Assembly (NCBI GenBank): GCA_963704645.1
Contig: OY969926.1
Span: forward strand, 768,001-832,000
DNA from: an uncultured bacterium
Lineage (GTDB): Bacteria > Patescibacteriota > JACMRA01
Reading direction: 5' to 3'
Length of the DNA stretch: 64,000 nt
A program made the position numbers and the translations under genes. Below, one piece after another: positions 61,288 to 64,000 of the stretch. The notes beneath the pieces were generated by a model. That model made no database searches. It was not told the DNA's origin and worked only from the letters and a program-made list of their open reading frames with translations. The stretch's first letter is position 1. The number at the start of each line of letters is the position of its first letter.

Positions 61288-63378
61288 ATGCTTAACGCTT
61301 CTCAAAACCCAAATTCTTTAAATTCTAACCAGGAAGAGTTTAATTCTCAAAACCCTATTCAAAATATTGGTCATTTGGAAGTAGATTCAACCCACATGGT
61401 TGTGATAGAAGACAATTCTGCTAAGTTTACTTGGTCTAACTTCTTTAGAAAACATCAGTGGGAATTGGGTTTTGTTGCGGCTATAACCTTGTTACTAATT
61501 ATTGGCTTAACTTACTTGGGTGTTTCTGGCCAGTATAAAACATTTTTCAGTGCCAAGCTAAGTGGTCAGGTGGTAGACGAAAATAGTAAGCCTGTTTCTA
61601 ACGCAGCTTTAAAAGTTGAATCTGTTGAAGCTAAAACAGACATCAACGGAACTTTTAGTTTTGATAGTGTTCCTGTTTCAAGCCAAAAAATTATTATTAA
61701 TTCGCCTAAGCATTTTTATTTCGAAGATAAATTAGACCTACAAACAGGTGATAACGCTGGTTTAAGATTTCAAATTAAAACCTTAGATTACGCTTCTGTA
61801 ACTGGTAAACTATCTGGCGAAAATCTTCAATCTGGTTCCATTAAAGTATTTTTAGACTCTACGGAAATTCCACTTAATTCAGATTATACTTTTAATTTAG
61901 ATAGGGCTAAACTTGGATCTGTATCTTTTAAAGTTACTTCTTCTGCACACAAAGATGTTTTGAACCAGCTTAATTTAGAACCAGGCAAAAACAATTTAGG
62001 TGAAATTAAACTAGAGCTAGGAAACGAAACTACTTTTAGAGTGTCTAGCTGGGCTAATTCTGCATCTTTAGCTGGTGCAATTGTTAAAATTACTTCAACA
62101 TTGCCAACTAGTACAACTGCAAAAACTGTATCACCTGGAAATACGCAGACAGCTCAAAACCAAGCTTCAAAACCAACAGAACTAAAATCTGATAGTCAGG
62201 GAAATTTTAGTTTTAGGTTAAAACAAGGTGAAAAATATCAGGCTGAAGCGTCTATGAGTGGGTTTATTACTAAAACTTTTGATTTGACTGAAGATAATAA
62301 CCAATTGGAATTAGTGCCAGAAGGAAAAATTGTTTATACATCAAGCAGGGAAGGTCAGGAAGCAATATATATTTCTAACTATGATGGAACCGATGAGAAA
62401 AAGGTTTATTCTAGTAAAGGCCAGCTTTCAGATGTTAAGTTATCAGGCTCAACTATATATTTTGTTTCCAATGAAGATAACATTAAAAATTCAAGTGGTT
62501 ATGGTGCAATCCCTCAAATTTATAAAGTTAATGTAGATGGAGGTGGTTTTACAAAGTTATCTAATTTAAAAGGCTATCAAAGCAATGTTGATGGGTTCAA
62601 TATTCAAGATGAGTACAATTTAAAATCACAGAAAATTATTTACACTTCTACAACCCACAATTTCTCAAGTCCGAATCAGTCTTCTAAGCTTTGGATTAGC
62701 AATTTAGACGGCTCAAATGTAAAATTAATTAGAGATAGAAACTTTACAGGTTCATTTACAGAAAATGTTCGAGGTTGGGCTATTAGTCCTAACGCTGATA
62801 AGATTGCTTATTTGGTATACAAAGAAACACCTGGAGGTGGTTCGGTTCAACAAACAAGATTAATTACTGTTAACACAGATGGAAGTAATGCAAAAGATAT
62901 TTACACCAGAAATAATGATAATGGAGCACAGTATTATGGAAACTACCTTACTTTGTTTGGCTATAATAATGATGGTAGCGTGTTGGTATATCAAACCTCT
63001 GATGATAGTAACCAATCTACTTTGTATGGATATAATTTTAAAACTGGGGAAAGCAAAAAACTGGCTTTCTTAGGGCAAACTTATATTGATACTTTTTCTT
63101 TTGACTCTGTTACTAGCAGGTTTTACTTCACTTCCTTCAGAGATGCAAAAAATAGTCTCTTTTATGTAGATTTGTTGTCTGGTGAGTACAATAAAGTAAT
63201 TGATACAGGAAACAGTTCAAGATATGGAGCTCTTTATGTAGAACCTAGTTTTGGTGGTATATATTTTGCTCAGGAAGGGAAAGTTAAGTTATTAAGGCTT
63301 GGTAAAAACATTGTGGAATTACCCATAGCTACTAATTTTAAAATGTGGGGTGCATTCAGTGGATATTACGGCTACTAG
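61288..63378 (+). CDS. Membrane-anchored protein: carboxypeptidase-regulatory-like domains plus TolB-like beta-propeller
   Basis: SGQVVDENSKPVSNA..TDINGTF; KIVYTSSREG..IYISNYDG. Confidence 0.8.
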   Translation: MLNASQNPNSLNSNQEEFNSQNPIQNIGHLEVDSTHMVVIEDNSAKFTWSNFFRKHQWELGFVAAITLLLIIGLTYLGVSGQYKTFFSAKLSGQVVDENSKPVSNAALKVESVEAKTDINGTFSFDSVPVSSQKIIINSPKHFYFEDKLDLQTGDNAGLRFQIKTLDYASVTGKLSGENLQSGSIKVFLDSTEIPLNSDYTFNLDRAKLGSVSFKVTSSAHKDVLNQLNLEPGKNNLGEIKLELGNETTFRVSSWANSASLAGAIVKITSTLPTSTTAKTVSPGNTQTAQNQASKPTELKSDSQGNFSFRLKQGEKYQAEASMSGFITKTFDLTEDNNQLELVPEGKIVYTSSREGQEAIYISNYDGTDEKKVYSSKGQLSDVKLSGSTIYFVSNEDNIKNSSGYGAIPQIYKVNVDGGGFTKLSNLKGYQSNVDGFNIQDEYNLKSQKIIYTSTTHNFSSPNQSSKLWISNLDGSNVKLIRDRNFTGSFTENVRGWAISPNADKIAYLVYKETPGGGSVQQTRLITVNTDGSNAKDIYTRNNDNGAQYYGNYLTLFGYNNDGSVLVYQTSDDSNQSTLYGYNFKTGESKKLAFLGQTYIDTFSFDSVTSRFYFTSFRDAKNSLFYVDLLSGEYNKVIDTGNSSRYGALYVEPSFGGIYFAQEGKVKLLRLGKNIVELPIATNFKMWGAFSGYYGY

Positions 63379-63429
63379 TTGAAAATGTGGTCTATTGACC
63401 TGACTAAATTTCTAGTCAATTTTTAATGT

Positions 63430-64000
63430 ATGTTTAGAAACATTGTTTTTAATGTGAAATTGTTGCCTTTAAAAATAACTCTTTTTCTTTTTCTTAGTTT
63501 AATTTTTACAGTTGGATTTTCAACTTTTTTTAGTTTGCCAGTACAGGCAGCAGATAACTTATATTTAGGTACAATAATTTCAATAAATAAAGAAAGCTGT
63601 ATTTCGAATGAGGATAGCTTGTGTGAAAATGCAGAAGTGTTGCTTGGCTTAGATAACAATGTTCAATCTACTGAAACTGTTCAGCTAAAACAAATTAACT
63701 CCGAAGTTCAAGATATATCTGCAAATTACCAAATAGGAGATAAAATTCAGGTTAAGCAAACTATTTTGCCAAATAATAAAAGTTATTACCAGGCTATTGC
63801 TGTAGATTCTGGAAATTTAATTGTATATTTTACTATTTTAATAGTACTTATGGTAGTTGTAATTTCAAGGTGGAAGGGTTTGAAGGCTGTTTTGGCACTT
63901 GCTTTAACAACATGGTTTTTATTTGGTTGGCTGTTACCATTTTTCCAAAAGAACCCAGATCAAATTTTAGGAACAGGAATTTTAGCTTGTTTTGGTTTTT
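63430..64000 (+). CDS. YibE/F-like membrane protein, 3'-truncated
   Basis: Open frame from ATG 63430 to window end; YQIGDKIQV and SRWKGLKAVLAL motifs. Confidence 0.7.
   Translation, partial: MFRNIVFNVKLLPLKITLFLFLSLIFTVGFSTFFSLPVQAADNLYLGTIISINKESCISNEDSLCENAEVLLGLDNNVQSTETVQLKQINSEVQDISANYQIGDKIQVKQTILPNNKSYYQAIAVDSGNLIVYFTILIVLMVVVISRWKGLKAVLALALTTWFLFGWLLPFFQKNPDQILGTGILACFGF

Noticed and set aside
63423-63659. 78-aa minus-strand ORF
   Set aside because: Shadow of the plus-strand YibE/F-like gene running off the window.
1-64000. Alternative genetic code (TGA=Gly, code 25)
   Set aside because: Conserved genes translate full length under code 11, and TGA ends ORFs such as the PIN toxin.

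Overview
AT-rich bacterial chromosome segment, standard code 11. The gene content resembles Patescibacteria/CPR (inference): dispersed housekeeping genes (xseA, recF, dnaB, lone rpsG, lone V-type ATPase B, mltG, rsmE, cysteine desulfurase), a VirD4/TraG-like ATPase, and several giant modular surface proteins. It also holds tRNA-fMet, tRNA-Asp, ParDE and Phd/PIN toxin-antitoxin pairs and one IS481-family element. Two patterns stand out. (1) Small orphan genes occur in self-contained promoter-ORF-terminator cassettes whose flanks are conserved or identical while the ORFs are divergent or unrelated. The clearest case is a 4-unit array between recF and rsmE in which each internal junction is a copy of the rsmE 3' end. 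(2) GTAG-type REP-like palindromes occur intergenically and also in frame inside the cysteine desulfurase and rsmE genes. All calls come from reading the sequence and motifs by eye; no database search was run.
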